In this document: in pieces, positions 1 through 12,996 of the stretch
How positions within the stretch are numbered: the first letter of the stretch is position 1
Layout of the letters: every line of letters starts with the position of its first letter
Source of the DNA: Lingula anatina
Taxonomy: Eukaryota; Animalia; Brachiopoda
Assembly: GCA_051362555.1 (NCBI GenBank)
Contig: CM120640.1
Location: 36,661,967 to 36,725,966, forward strand
Length of the DNA: 64,000 nucleotides
Direction: 5' to 3'
Translations under genes and position numbers: made by a program
Notes under the pieces: model-generated
The model's database searches: none
What the model was told of the DNA's origin: nothing
What the model saw: the letters and a program-made list of their open reading frames with translations, nothing else

Positions 1-3000
1 GCCTCCATGAGGTTATGTATGGGATCACGCAGAGGCTTTATATGTCGAATGCGTCTTGGAGCCATTCAAGTGGACACCATGACCACAAGTCATGCCATAC
101 GACTGCGCCAGAGGAACTCGCTAGGGCCCTCTGGTGACGGGCACCAGTATGCAGTGGTGCATATCACAGGCTACATCAAGAACTGGCCTCCTGCAGGTAA
201 TTTCAGCAGAGGTAATTGATGTTACTCTTTGCTGTATGTCACATGAAAGTGGTTGTCTCCAAATTATATTTAACAAATAACTGGTTTATGCAAAGTGTTA
301 TGGATTAAGAAGTTTGTTGAAAGTGTGGTTTTTATATTTTAACATAAAAATCTTACTGTTAAATGTAGGTTGTATAAAACATCCTTGTTTAAAGCTATAA
401 TTAATTTATTCATTTAGAATATGAATTTTCGTGTATTCTTATTCATTTTCAACAACCCACTATTAAGCATTTTATACAAAAGAAACATTGTCATACTTTT
501 ATTTTACAGGAGTGCAAATAGAAAGAACAGAGACAGATGAGCCCCATAGTGGCAGCCATTGTTGTCTTGTGGCAATTGGTCGACTTCAGGTCACGGGCAC
601 ACCAAATTGCAGTGATTTGATTGGTCCTAATGCTACGTCAGAGTTCATATCTAGACATAGTATTGATGGAAAATTTACATTTGCAGATCAGAGGTACAAT
701 TGTGTTAGACAAAGTCTTGCTTCATATTTACTATTGGTTATTAAGTAATTTTTTTTTTTCAAAAGTCAAATTTAAAATGTTCTGTTTAAATGAGACTGAT
801 GTAATTTCCTAATTCACTAACTTTCCGTCATCCACTAATTGTACATTATCCAGAAATATTGAAGATATGGATGTTTTGGGTCAAACGCAATCCTGTGAAT
901 TGGATAACAGTGAGAGCCTCAAACCTCGAGTTAAACATTAACTGTACAATCAAACTAATTTGAGATAGAAGTTTTGAAAGACCTTTGAAATGGGTGCATT
1001 CACATGCACACACATGTATATTTGATTAAAACAATTTATTTGTAATGTACTTTTGCTCTATTTGTTTCAGAGTGGCCAACTTATTGGGCTACCAGCCTGT
1101 TGACCTGTTGGGCAAGTCTGCCTATGATTTCTACCATCCTGAAGACAAGGGCCACATGAAGGACAGTTTTGAACAGGGTACACCATGCTTTTACTTAACA
1201 GAGACTTTAATCACATCAAGTCATATAAGACAAGTTATCCATATGGAATTGTGTAGATATTTGTTCCCTGATGAATGATCTGTATATTATTATTATTATT
1301 ATCTTAGATATTACCATTTTACCTTAAGAAAAAACCATATCCAGAATTACCTTTATATAGTGAATGTTGAATAATGTTTTCATATTGACATTTTTATTAT
1401 ATTTTTCCAGTGCTAAAACTGAAAGGACAGGTGATGTCCATCATGTATCGCTTCCGGGCCAAAAATGGAGAGTGGGTGTGGCTGAGAACCAGCAGCTTCA
1501 GCTTCCAGAACCCATACACAGATGAAGTAGAGTACATTGTGTGCACCAACAGTTTAGCCAAGTAAGAACAGAAAATATCCCAGTGGGAGTTTAGTTGGTA
1601 AATGAATCTCTGTAAGAAGAGTACAGTAGATAATTCTTCTGATGATTATTTTGTAAATGTGAGGATTTTTGTTCACCAATTGTTGAACACAGCAGGACAC
1701 AGAACATTCAGCTTTTGGAGATGGTTAATGCATAACATTAAAACAGGTTACAATGTACTTTAAGGAGAAAGTTTATGCCCCAAATGTTGTACCAAGCAAA
1801 GAAAAAAAAACTTTTAGCTGTTTAAGATTGTAAATGTCTATCTTTAAACCGGTTACAATGAACTTTAGGGAGAAAGTATGTGCCCCAATTGTTGAACCAA
1901 GCAAGAATGGTGAACTTTTAGCTTTTTAACATGGTTAATGTACATCTTTAAATGGTCTTAGAATACAGTGTACTTTATAGGAGAAATTATGTGCCCCAAC
2001 TGTTGAACCAAGCAAGAGTGGGAAACTTTTAGCTTAAATGGTCTAAGAATACAATGTACTTGACTGGAGAAATTATGTGCCCCAGCTTTTGAACCAAGCA
2101 AGAACAGAGAACTTTAAGCATTTTAAGATGGTTAATGTATATAATTAAATAGAATATCCAGAATATTACTGTATATTTTTGAGAAATTGAAAGTATTTAG
2201 GTTTTCCAAATGAAGGCATCTCAATACAGTGTTACCTTTTTGCCTGTAAATTAGATCTCCCATTAAATTTTAGGGAATGAATGAAATATTGAGCATTTAA
2301 ATCCTAAAAATTCAACATACTTTAAAGTTTATCAATTTTTTTTTTAATCACTAGGTTTTTGGTCCGAGCTTTAAATGTGAGATTTTAGGGTGTAATTTTG
2401 ATTACTATCGAATTTTCCAGAAGCTCACAACAACAGAGTGCTGGTCAGGTAAGCCCTGGTGACCAGAGCACAGACCCCACCCCCACCATCAACACCTTCG
2501 CCTCTCCCCACCGCGGCATGGGGGCCTCGGAAGGCATCAGCAGCATGGCTCAAAATGCCGGGGACAGTAGGTACACAGGGGAGGTGTACCCGGGCATGGT
2601 ACCTGGCAGTTACAGTTACAACAGGTCCCCCGTCAAGTCTTATTCCAACATTCCCCAAAGTTCCACACAGATTCCGTCAACTAGTCAACAGGGAAGCTGG
2701 CCCTCACAGGTTTTATATAGGAGGGTAAGTTGAAGGATTTTTGTTCATGGTATTGATTTAGTCCTTTGCACTAGGTCTGCTTTCAGTTCTGAATGGCTGG
2801 ACTCTGTATTACACCTTTAATAGAGTGTTTTGAATGGGTAATATCACCCTTTATAGTGTCATCTGACATTTATATGAGGATATGTCCTAGGATCCATTCC
2901 AAAAGGATCTTTTCAGATTATATTTTTTGAAATAAGTTATTATTTGCTGTCCCTTGGAATATTGCTGGAATTCCAAATTGATATTTCACATAGGGTTACA

Positions 3001-3961
3001 TATTATTTCTCAACATCCATCAAATCCTCTTTGATGAGTCTGAATATGTTTTAAGGGTTTTTTCTTTCTTGTACTGCATGCATTTTTGTTTGTTACAGGG
3101 TGGATCAGAATACAGTGGCAGTGCAGGCTACAGCCAGATGAGTCCAAGCACTTCTCCAGGTAACACAGGCCACATAAACCTATATTACTTAATGTATTCT
3201 ATATGTATAATATAAGGTAATAATGAAAGCCTTTGAGAGTACACATTTAGCTTTATGATGCTATTCCTATATGCACTTTAGTTATGTATGTTTTTCTGAT
3301 GACATGTTATAGATCTGGTTTTATTATCCCCAAAGGCAGGATATTTATCATCATCATCAGCTTGAATGTAAATTAGTTGTGAAGTGAGTGTAAAGTGAGC
3401 TATAATAGTTTGAAGTCACTGTTGTGATTATGCCAGAAGAGGATGTAATAACTGATGTCTGTATATACACTGTATTTTACCCACAGAATTTCACTAAAGA
3501 TAAGGTTTTTGAAGTTTTGAACTCCAATTTGAACACCCACACACTGTAATGTGTCTTTAGTTTAGTTGTTTAGTACATTGTACATCTTTCTGAATCGATG
3601 TTTGCAGCTTTCGGTTGTGAAGCAGTGGTATCTCTCTGGGAAACATTTGAAGAATTGTCATCATCACAATTGTTTCACTTTTGCAGGTGGTCCATCATAC
3701 ACCCAGCTGAGCTCGGGACAGCGTCCAGCCACATCGCAGGACCCTAGTTACCAAGGCTCTGGCTCTTCCACCGCCTTGTGGCAGCACTGGCAGGCAGGCA
3801 GCGAGGCAGGCGCTCAGCAGACTGCCACACAATCAGCACAGGCACAACAACAGCAGCCACAGCAGCAACCTGAGGAGCTCGGGGAGGTGTTCCGCATGCT
3901 GGAGCCCACTAACCCAGAATTTGGGGACCTGTCTGGGATGTTCAGTACCTTCACAGAGTAA
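1..3961 (+). CDS. ARNT: Aryl hydrocarbon receptor nuclear translocator (bHLH-PAS), 3' part; exons <1-196, 510-693, 1071-1177, 1411-1561, 2421-2724, 3099-3159, 3687-3961
   Basis: [54 protein letters not shown] and [24 protein letters not shown] are ARNT PAS-A/PAS-B/PAC motifs. All introns are GT-AG and phases are consistent. The C-terminus is Q/S-rich. Confidence 0.95.
1720..2140. repeat. Intronic degenerate tandem repeat, ~4 units of ~80-120 bp
   Basis: Recurrent unit TACAATGTACTTT..GGAGAAA..ATGTGCCCCAA.TGTTGAACCAAGCAAGA...ACTTTTAGC near 1748, 1854, 1963 and 2049. Confidence 0.85.
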
Positions 3962-4386
3962 ATCTAGGTGCTGGAGTGTTGGGGTTGGGGGTGTTAGGAT
4001 AATGTAAGGTCATTTTCTATGAAGAGCAAAGATACACCTAAAGAGAATCTTTAAGTAGTTCCTGATGACATTTTTAACATCATGTATTGGATACAGAAAT
4101 AGAAAGGATCTGAAAGACACTGAGAGGTTAAAACAATTGTATATTTCTCATTTCTCGACAACCTGTTTCCAAGGTTGCTGCTATATATATATACATAACA
4201 TATTATGAGATATTGTGTAGGTAGAACTATTTTGGTAATAGTTGCATAATTACACAACTTATATATTGTATGTCACCACAAAGCAGTCTTTGAAATTGAT
4301 TGCTTTGTTGAATACAGCCCATTCATATAATATTGAGGTGAGAGGGTTATTGTTATTTTTTCATGGTTGTCAGATTAAACTGTTTG

Positions 4387-4417
<31 letters not shown>

Positions 4418-6155
4418 GGAAATTGTACATTTTATCTAATTTTATGTATTCGCTGTTTGTCCAACTCTTAATATGGTGCATTTTTAATCTGTCATTTTAT
4501 CATGTACAAATCCTTTGTGTGGGTGCATATATATATTATGTACAGCTCTCTTTTTATTGGCAGCATCTGCCATAAACATGTTAATGCCATCATTGACAAA
4601 TAGCATTTCTACGTTTCTTTTCATTTGCCAGGGCTGCCTGTTATGTCAAAGTTATTATCAGAAAAGTTCTTGCAATTACAACTGACAAGCCAGGTCTGTT
4701 TTGTCGAGCCACAGGGCAGATGAAGATTGCAGTTAGTAACAGTCATGGCTTTATTTTAGTTTTGTTCACCCACACCTCAAGATGTTGTGGTGAATTTTGG
4801 GAAAAGCCAAAGATACCTTCCCATATAACCTTCCTTACTAGTGTGAATTCTTTAAAAACAGCTGCTTATCCAAAATAAATATCCAATAGTTAGAAAAATG
4901 GGCAACTAGCATAATTTTTCAGATATTTGTGATTTACCATTGTAGATTTTCTGGTCTTGAAATGTCAGTTATCATGGAAAATGATAGACTTATCTATGAT
5001 TTTGATGTGATATTTTTCATTTGTGAAAAATATAAAATATCAAAATCAATGATATTGATTTGATGTTTTTCATTTTTGAAAAATATGTCAGCATGCTGTT
5101 ACTGTCATTTTAATTTTGAATTTTTTATGTTCGTATATATTAATATATGCCAACTGTGGTGTCTATTTCCAGATTATATATTACACATAAAGGCATTTTA
5201 GCATAATCTTGCTGTATGTATTTTATGAAAAATCAAGAGAAAGCATATATACAGTTTTGTGTGGTCTTTAATGCTTCCTGTATTTAAATTTAGTATAAAC
5301 AACGAAAGTAATCAGGAGATCACATTTTTTGAAATGTGCTATTACATATTGATGGAACTGTGTATCATTGTTGGACGTGCATGGTGCAAATGTCTATTTT
5401 TACAAGTCTTGTTCTGGTATTGTACCAATTGTACAGGTGGTTAATACTGGTAGTGTTTGTACATCATGGTGTGTACACCTTGGCATTTTCATTGCTGATA
5501 CAGCATAAATGAAACTTCTTAATTATTATAAGACTAGGGATTGTCTACCTACGTAATTCAAGAAAGATGGCAAGGTGATGTTTGAATTGGTCGTAGACTA
5601 ATTTAGCTATCAATGATTGCATCATGTTAAGGGTCAATTTAAGAAATGGTATTGATAAGTTCAGGTACCATGTCAAGCAATAAAATGTTGTTTTTTTTTT
5701 TTTTTTGGGGGGGGGGTGCCGGGGGAAGTGAACTATTTATAATTGCCTTGTATAAATTGCTAGTCATTTCTCTTGGTTCTTTCTTTTTCCCTTAAAATAT
5801 ATATGTTAAATTTAAGAATTGATGACAAGTTTTTTGTTGTCCAAACAACAATTATGAATTATGAAGTAGTTGATGGGAGGGAGGGGGTATTCGAGCACTT
5901 ATTTGAGCACTCGTAAGGGTGCTGTATTTTACATCTCAATGCCATTTTCTGAAATATTTCTTGTAAAATGCTGCATTTAGGTACAATTTAAAGTGATTTT
6001 GAAAAATGAGATAGGAAATATTTTAATAGGATTATGGAAGAATTAATCAAAGGTTGTGAAATAAACTATCATTAAAACTAGTAAACTATATTCTGCACAG
6101 CAGTAAAATATTTGCTTTGAAAACTGTAAATGTGTAATGTTGTAGTTGTTCTATA

Positions 6156-6161
6156 AATAAA
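6156..6161 (+). terminator. Probable ARNT polyadenylation signal (3'UTR ~2.2 kb)
   Basis: AATAAA followed ~15 nt later by GT/T-rich TTTGTGTTGTTTTATTTT. Confidence 0.5.
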
Positions 6162-6952
6162 TGTGTCAAACATTTGTGTTGTTTTATTTTTCATCACTGA
6201 ATTCTGTCACTCTGAAATAACAGACAATTTGCACAGTTTTTAAATTAAGTTTTTAAAAGTTTTTAAAAATGTTAAAATCTATGCTAGGCCACCACCAGAT
6301 GAAATCTGTGTTAGAATTGTAAATTGTCCACATTTTTGGTTCACATTATTTATTATGAACAAAATTATTCCCAAGGTGAAATTTTATTTATTATTAATGA
6401 AAAAGTTGGAAAGGTCATAAACGTTCTTAAATTGTGCAAATGTATGTCTTTTATGGTGAAGTAAAGAGATTTTGCCAGGTTTCTGAAATGTATGTCTGTC
6501 TCTATAGGACTCGGCTAAGCACACTGTGCAGGTAGGAAGGAGCTTCAATATTCTTAAAAATTAGAACTCACAAAATTTTCTCAAATGTCTTCCACAGCTT
6601 CTGTAGAGTGTGTACAGTACCGAGTGGAGGCTTAGCATGTTTCAGGTGAAAATGCAGCTTTTTCATCTCCAAAGTACCACAGACAAAGCAATAAACTTAA
6701 GTATTCCAACTCAAACTTCCATGTCTGTCCAAACTTTGTTCTCCCACAAGTTATTTAACCCTTAAAACAAATTTTGAGCATGAAAAAAGGAATAAACAGT
6801 GAAAAATTAAAGCTAATGATAGTTTTTGGAGATGTAAAAGCTGCTTTTTCTTAAATGCTAAAATACAGAGATATAGATACATGCAAGTTTTTTTCCAAGC
6901 TTTATATTGTCTGCTTATGTATGAGTGCCTGTATGTTTATGCTTGTTTATAC

Positions 6953-6953
6953 T

Positions 6954-6986
<33 letters not shown>

Positions 6987-7070
6987 AAGAGAAGAGACAG
7001 AGATAGAGGAGAGAGAGAAAGAGAAGAGACAGAGAGAGAGAGAGAGGAGAGAAAGAGAGAGAGAAAGAGA
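6953..7070. repeat. (TG)n/(GA)n microsatellite; its counterpart in the other arm is (CT)n at ~17535-17576
   Basis: Visible dinucleotide runs at mirror positions of the inverted arms. Confidence 0.9.
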
Positions 7071-7114
7071 GGAACATTACCAACAACAACAATATATGGT
7101 GAGTGACAAAATAT

Positions 7115-7120
7115 TTTATT
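7115..7120 (-). terminator. Polyadenylation signal of orphan gene copy A
   Basis: AATAAA conserved in both arms (17483-17488), followed by GTCACTCAC and a GU-rich TTGTTGTT element. Confidence 0.6.
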
Positions 7121-7512
7121 TCATATTTTAGTATTGTTCTGTATTACAATTGACAAGAAAATCTGATTGTAAAAATTGTTCCTTAGAACATGAAAACAGT
7201 TGTATATATACAAATCACAAGAAAATGACTGTGTGGAAGATAGATTTTAATAAAGTTCAGGAGCATAATATTAACATGTAAGAATGGAGATTTATCAAAA
7301 TACTGCATACCTGTGGAACATTATTGGCTTTATACTCTACTTATTATGCATGATTCAATTTTTTCAGATAAATTGCAATATTATGGAGAAAGAAATTTAA
7401 AAAGCAATTATATTCTTCGCACATTAATCAGTTCTGACCTTACATTTAAAACTTTCTCATTATTTTCACTAATAAACAATAATTGAGTGGACAATGTTTT
7501 CTTTTTTTTTTC

Positions 7513-7795
7513 CAGAGTAAATGATATAACTGGTGATGATAGACCTACATACTCACACTTCCAGAGGAATATAGCAGTGTTGGTGTTGATGGGGCCCTAC
7601 ATCAACACAAACACATGCTATGATGAAAAGATCATGACCAATGACCTTACAGATTTGGCCAAAATCAATAAGGGTTGATCATGAACTTTCCAAATGTTCC
7701 TGTCAGTGTGGCCAGCACCAACAAGAACATAATCCTCCTCAGAGATGTTCTAATGAGTATGTAGTCAATGATAACCAGAAATAACATAAACACTA
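7513..7795 (-). other. Structured 3'UTR RNA element (four-way junction, three GGCC-loop hairpins), copy A
   Basis: Only three differences from 16693-16975 in 283 nt, while the flanks are clearly diverged. It folds into an outer stem plus three hairpins. Confidence 0.8.
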
Positions 7796-8540
7796 CATGT
7801 TACTTCATGAAACCAAAATGATCTTATTTGATAAAGGAGATAAACATTAATGTGACAACTTTTACTTCTTTATTCATACTTCGAATTCTGTTTCATGATT
7901 TTCATTGTTTTTCATTAATTTTTAGACTTTTATTTAATTATCTATTTATTTACTCATTTCTTTCTTTATGTATTTATTTATCTATTTTGCAGAAAGAATT
8001 TCTTTTCTTATTTTTATTTCAAATTTTATTTCAGGGTTTTCTTTATTTTTTCTTTTGTTCACTTTTTTTCAAACTATTTGTTTATTTATTTAGTTAGTTT
8101 TATTATGGATCCTACTGCATTATATGATCATAAATTCTCCAGTATGTACAATATTGTTTTTGCTGTTCATCAAAGATGATAAAAAATCCAATTCAAAAAT
8201 AATATTTAGCCAGTAAAAGTTTTTGTTTTAAATGCCCTTTTTTTCTAAAATATTTGTTTAAGAGATTTGATTAAAAAATAGAAAGTCTAAAAGTTTTATG
8301 CAAAGATATCCAAAATATTATATCTTCCACACAGTCATCAAAGTGTTTACAAAGGAAGTTGTATACAAATGTAAGGATTGAATTCGTAAAAAGGTTGCCA
8401 GAAATCTTTCTGTATAGAATTCTAAAAATATTGAAATTGATAATGTAAATTTGCAAATGTTCTCTCTAAACAACTAAATGCCATAATATATATATACAGT
8501 AGAAAAGATATATACAAACAGGGGTATTTGTACTAACATA

Positions 8541-9182
8541 TTACCCCATACCAAATATTCTCAATACAAATCTAGTAAAGGCTGAGCGCCTTTTAGAAGA
8601 GGGTGCAACTTTTGCCATGTCTTTCTTACTTTTACTTCCCATAATTCTACCAGTTCTACTGGGATGTATAAACTCACTACACAACTTAGCGGTGCCATAC
8701 AACTTTGTCTTTTCCAAAGCATCGGCAACACTTCTTGAAGTGTGCCTGTAACTGATAGGGTGCCAAGGAGAACGCAAAAGAGATCTAGGCATAGGTGTTT
8801 TACGAGCACGCCTACCCCTCATCCTCCACAGAGGATCAGCCACAATAATTTCCCCCCTTTCGTTTCTCCCCTCACCACCACCATACAAAGCTTTAGTAGC
8901 AACAGGAATACGACTAGGTTTATGTATTCTTTGGATTACAACTACTGGGCAGTGAGCCCTCACAGTAGAACGGAGACACCCGTTAACTGCTACAGGGATT
9001 CTAGACCTAACCGTAGGTTTTTCTAGAACATTCTTAGCAAAGGTAAACAGCGTTGAAGCCATAGTGGCTAGCTTTGTATTTGATACCTTAGTTTTGGATC
9101 TTAATATGCCACCACATCCACATGGGCAATAAAATGCGTGGTAGTGGGTCCTACAACGGGTGGATACAGTGGAAGTACACAT
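8541..9182 (-). CDS. Orphan basic 213-aa protein, copy A (N-terminal Cys/His cluster, 2x SRIP motif)
   Basis: ATG lies 2 nt after the acceptor TTGCTCCTTTCAG (exon 2 starts at 9184). Intron 9185-9549 has a GTGAGT donor. The ORF is intact in both arms. The two SRIPVA repeats use different codons (TCT AGA ATC CCT GTA GCA vs AGT CGT ATT CCT GTT GCT), which indicates protein-level constraint. Confidence 0.75.
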   Translation of the reverse strand: MCTSTVSTRCRTHYHAFYCPCGCGGILRSKTKVSNTKLATMASTLFTFAKNVLEKPTVRSRIPVAVNGCLRSTVRAHCPVVVIQRIHKPSRIPVATKALYGGGEGRNERGEIIVADPLWRMRGRRARKTPMPRSLLRSPWHPISYRHTSRSVADALEKTKLYGTAKLCSEFIHPSRTGRIMGSKSKKDMAKVAPSSKRRSAFTRFVLRIFGMG

Positions 9183-9421
9183 GTCTGAAAGGAGCAAGAA
9201 TTATCTTTGCTGTACATAACTATTTGTTGATTCTTATGTCATTGTAAATGTACAGAGACGTGCATGTGAGATGTAGTACATGTTCGGGCATAATTGTTGG
9301 GGTTTTATTTACCTCTCACTAAAATGCGAGAGTTAGCAAAAAATGTTTCACCCAAATAAAAATCCAACAGATCAAAGGTGAGTCTATCAATAAAATAAAC
9401 AAATGAGAAAAAATTCTCTCC

Positions 9422-9454
<33 letters not shown>

Positions 9455-9549
9455 AAAACAGAAATAAGACATGGTCAGAAAATCAAAAAATCAAATTTCT
9501 AAAAAAATGGAATTTTGAATACATAGATCTAATATGCAGAAAAACTCAC

Positions 9550-9714
9550 CGATATCTCTTTCAAGATACAGTGGTGAAATGATGTAGAACAGGTGAAAGC
9601 CTGAGGCTACTGACAGTTGAAACTGCTTAGAAATTCGCTGTGAAGTGACGTAAGTCTGTTCACTGTGCAAGCTCGTTGTCAACTGACGCTCGTGGAGCGT
9701 GCTGGCTTTATATA
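9550..9714 (-). promoter_or_regulatory. TATA box + initiator + non-coding exon 1 of orphan gene copy A
   Basis: TATATAAA (9714-9707) and Inr TCAGTT with A+1 at 9684, exactly 30 nt downstream. The exon ends at 9550 before GTGAGT. Confidence 0.75.
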
Positions 9715-11052
9715 CTATGGCGTAATAATCTGTCAGTAACCTTGACGATATCCGAAAAACAAAATAGTCTCTCGCTTTCATTTCTTTTTTAGATAAATGT
9801 TTCAATTGAAAATTTTGTGAAATAACAGAAATAATTCGGAAAACCAAAACTCAGTATTGTTGTCATTGATAGAATACTTGATTACTTAGTTTAGTTGGAT
9901 ATGAAAAATATTTTAAAGAGACGTGCATAGGTCTGTTGCCAAAACAATTTTACTGGCAAAATGCCAACCAACGTCATCTACTGACGTGAGCATTTGGCAT
10001 TTAGCCAAAACAACGTTGTCTACCTCACAATTCAACGTAAATGCAACGTAATTTTATGCTGAAATTTAAAACCAAAAATACTACAAATTTATATTTCATT
10101 CTTAGAAATCTGTTTTAATCGTAGATAAACCTTATTATGTATTTATTTCTTCTATGGAACGACCGAAATTTCGTATATGCACAGTAAGCTTACCAGTAGG
10201 CCTACCAGGCTACTTAAATAATTTGAAGGCATTAGTCTATAGTGATTTGATGCATTAACCTTTGACTGAAATTGTGCTGCAGCTTTGGTATGGACCAAGC
10301 ATACAAATAGAAGGGAAAAAACTTCAAAATATGTTATACATAGGCCTACATGCGTTCAACCTATTGTTTTTAAAATCTAATCCAACATATGCTAGCCCAC
10401 CCCACCCCCCTCTCTCTCTCTCTCTCTCTCTCGGATGCATCATTGATAACATTATCATAGCATGTTGATTTAAAGTGTAGGTTCGTAAAAGCGACTCCAC
10501 CACGAGGTATATTTAGCAAGCTAGCTTTTACGTTTCTCTGACACTCAGGGTAGCCTACTACCGTAAAGACTGAACCATCTTATATAGGCCTAAATGCTTT
10601 TCTCACCATAGGCCTAAATGTGTTTCTTTTGTGATGATTGATGTTTCGATAACCATCGGTTTGTGTATCCCCACGATCAATCAGATTAGCATTTCTACAG
10701 CAATTTTGTTCAGCTTTCTGAGAATGCCTATACAAAAGGACGACTATTTCATTGGAAGGACTAAGACACTTCTATTACGATTTTCACGCAGACAAATTAC
10801 CTTCTACCAGTGCCACAGATGGATTATGTGACTTTTCTCACAATTTGAGAGAAGAGTCATGAATTAGGGCCTAGCGAGCGACATAGCTGTGGATAGTGAA
10901 AAATCAATCTATCGATCGTGCAGGGTACAGACTATATATACACATGGGCGGATCCAGGATTAATTTAAGGGGGGTCCTCGGATTCGAAATCGCTTTGTTT
11001 ATGTGTTCTTATCATGCATCTTCATCTGTATTGAAAGGGCGTTCCTTGAGTG

Positions 11053-11831
11053 GGTACGTACGGATAAAATTTAGTCCCAAAATATTACACGTCCCTATAC
11101 TCCCGTTACCGATAGATACATAAAGGAAAAACGGAAAAAACGTCTTTTTAGATTTAAATACCGATAGATCCGATTTTTTTCTGCTGTCCTATATATTTGC
11201 GTTCCTATAGATATGACGTCCTCATAAACCCACGTCCTTTAAATCCGCATACCTATAGATCCACGTATTTTTAGATCCAAATACCGATAGATCCATTACA
11301 GGTACACTATTGCTCGATATGGTTGGTATACTACTCAGTACATAAAATGCACTTCTTTAAAACGGCAGTACGCAGTCAGCAATATATTATTCTACTAGAT
11401 CGTTTTCACATAATACTCAGTGAAAGAACATAAAAAGAACAAAAGTGTGTTCTATATTTCACAACGCTTAATTACTGTTCTAGCGTCAGAACACTGTTTA
11501 AGCGTTCTCAAAATGCAACATTCGAACACGTAAAAAGTGTTCTGAATTTACATGTAAATGTGTTCTAAACAAAACAAAACAAAAAAGAACATAAAAATGT
11601 GTTCTAAATTTCACAACGCAAGTTGATATGGGCCTTTTAGCCGATTACGATGTCAGATAGATGGATCTAGCGGTACCTGGATCTAAAGATACGTGGGTTT
11701 ATAGGAATCTGTTGGTGGATCTATCGGAACGTAAATTTAACGAGACGTAAATCTATTGAGACGTGTGTGTATAGAGACGTATCTATCGGGGCGAATATTT
11801 TATTGGGACGTTTATCTATATGGCGGACCCC
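11053..11831. mobile_element. Non-autonomous foldback/Mutator-like element with long modular imperfect TIRs
   Basis: Flanked by the 9-bp direct repeat CCTTGAGTG (11044-11052, 11832-11840). Left CCGATAGATCC/CCACGT modules are mirrored as GGATCTATCGG/ACGTGG on the right. Internal AAAGAACATAAAAA..GTGTTCT repeats. Confidence 0.7.
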
Positions 11832-12130
11832 CCTTGAGTGATATAAATTAAAGTGAGACTTTCGACGTATGAGATGGTTTTGTATCGCTATGAGGTATAA
11901 TCTAGCTCTGGTTTTATGACCAATTTTATAACCTACAACAGGACACATCAATACTCTGTCACCGTTAACGTTTGTAAAATCACGTTTCACAAATAAAAGA
12001 TAAAAAGTAATAAATGAAATTAAATATAAGCAGCTCGTATATATGTAGACTTGCGAGACACAATTTTAGACGACTAATTTGGCGAGTAGAGTCCACATAA
12101 GACTTAATTCTGACAAAAGGGCACAGAAAT

Positions 12131-12996
12131 ATGATGAAGATCACGGTAAGACTGCTGAATGCGGTGATAATGAGTGGTTTTATGGCTCATAATGTTCTTT
12201 CTTTTTCAGTTGCCAGTTAATATGTTGTTTATTGTAAATCATAACGATTTTGATTAATATCAAATTTGATAGGCCTACTTTACTTTTTTGTATTGTTTCT
12301 GATTCGTTCACTAAAGATATGCGACAAATCAATTTTGAGCAAATTTTTCTGGGAACAAACCTAAGATAATGCTAAGAATAGCCTACTAAGCTCGTCTATG
12401 GATTTCTTGTGCGTCACCGTACATTTTCTTGTGCTAACTGGCTACAATTGCATTTATAGTTTTCGCAAAATAATAATAATAATAATGATAAAGATAAATA
12501 ATGAAATAGAAAAGTGAACTGATAAGAAAAAATATAGGTTTTAAGCTGGGATAATTATTGATTCTTTTGATAATGATGTTACCTGTATATCTCGTACAAG
12601 ATATGGAAAAGAAATATAAAAATACATATACAAAAGCGCAAAAACAGGCAATAGCATTTTACAAACATTTCAGGTATTTTTCATGTTTGTTTCCAGGTGT
12701 GTCTACTTCTGTTCACCGGCTTTCTTGGGTTAGTTTGTGCCCGACATGCGTTCCCTCCCCGGTTTTCCTTCAGCTGCAGACAACGCGCGGATGGTTACTA
12801 TGGTGACAAGGCACGCTTGTGTCAGGTGTTTTACCGCTGCGTCCGCCAGCAGCGTTTTCAGTTTGTCTGCCCCTACGGCACGCTGTTTGACATGAGACTG
12901 AGAATTTGTAGTCACCGGAGTTTAGTTAATGAGGACACTTGTAATGACCCGCAAATTATGGACAGAAGTGAAACTGATATATATAGTATAGACTAA
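12131..12996 (+). CDS. Small secreted chitin-binding peritrophin-A (CBM14) protein; exons 12131-12145, 12697-12996
   Basis: ATG ATG AAG ATC ACG|gtaag ... ccag|GTG TGT CTA gives a signal peptide MMKITVCLLLFTGFLGLVCA. It is followed by C-RQRADGYYGD-C-FYRC-C-PYGTLFD-C-C, the six-Cys CBM14 spacing. Confidence 0.88.

Larger units (their letters stand above)
5581..10051 (-). repeat. Left arm of a large inverted duplication
   Basis: Reverse complement aligns with 13680-19060. Examples: 5581-5670 vs 18979-19060, 6080-6175 vs 18636-18730, 7513-7795 vs 16693-16975, 8310-9780 vs 13955-16185. Confidence 0.95.

Noticed and set aside
1720-2140. CRISPR-like repeat array
   Set aside because: It is a eukaryotic intron with degenerate contiguous units, no unique spacers and no cas genes.
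7487-7678. The star block read as an antisense coding exon (acceptor-like T-run+CAG at 7515, 63-aa ORF)
   Set aside because: The peptide is unrecognisable and there is no clear donor. The conserved block ends match the outer stem, and the G-U pairs work only on the opposite strand.
8541-9182. Endogenous deltavirus/obelisk-like element (structured RNA plus ~200-aa basic protein)
   Set aside because: It has a Pol II TATA/Inr, a spliceosomal intron and a polyA signal. I recognised no ribozyme, no whole-length rod fold and no delta-antigen similarity.
9491-9847. 118-aa ORF and its mirror 13942-14220
   Set aside because: They overlap the TATA box, exon 1 and splice donor of the orphan gene, and their starts and ends differ between the arms.
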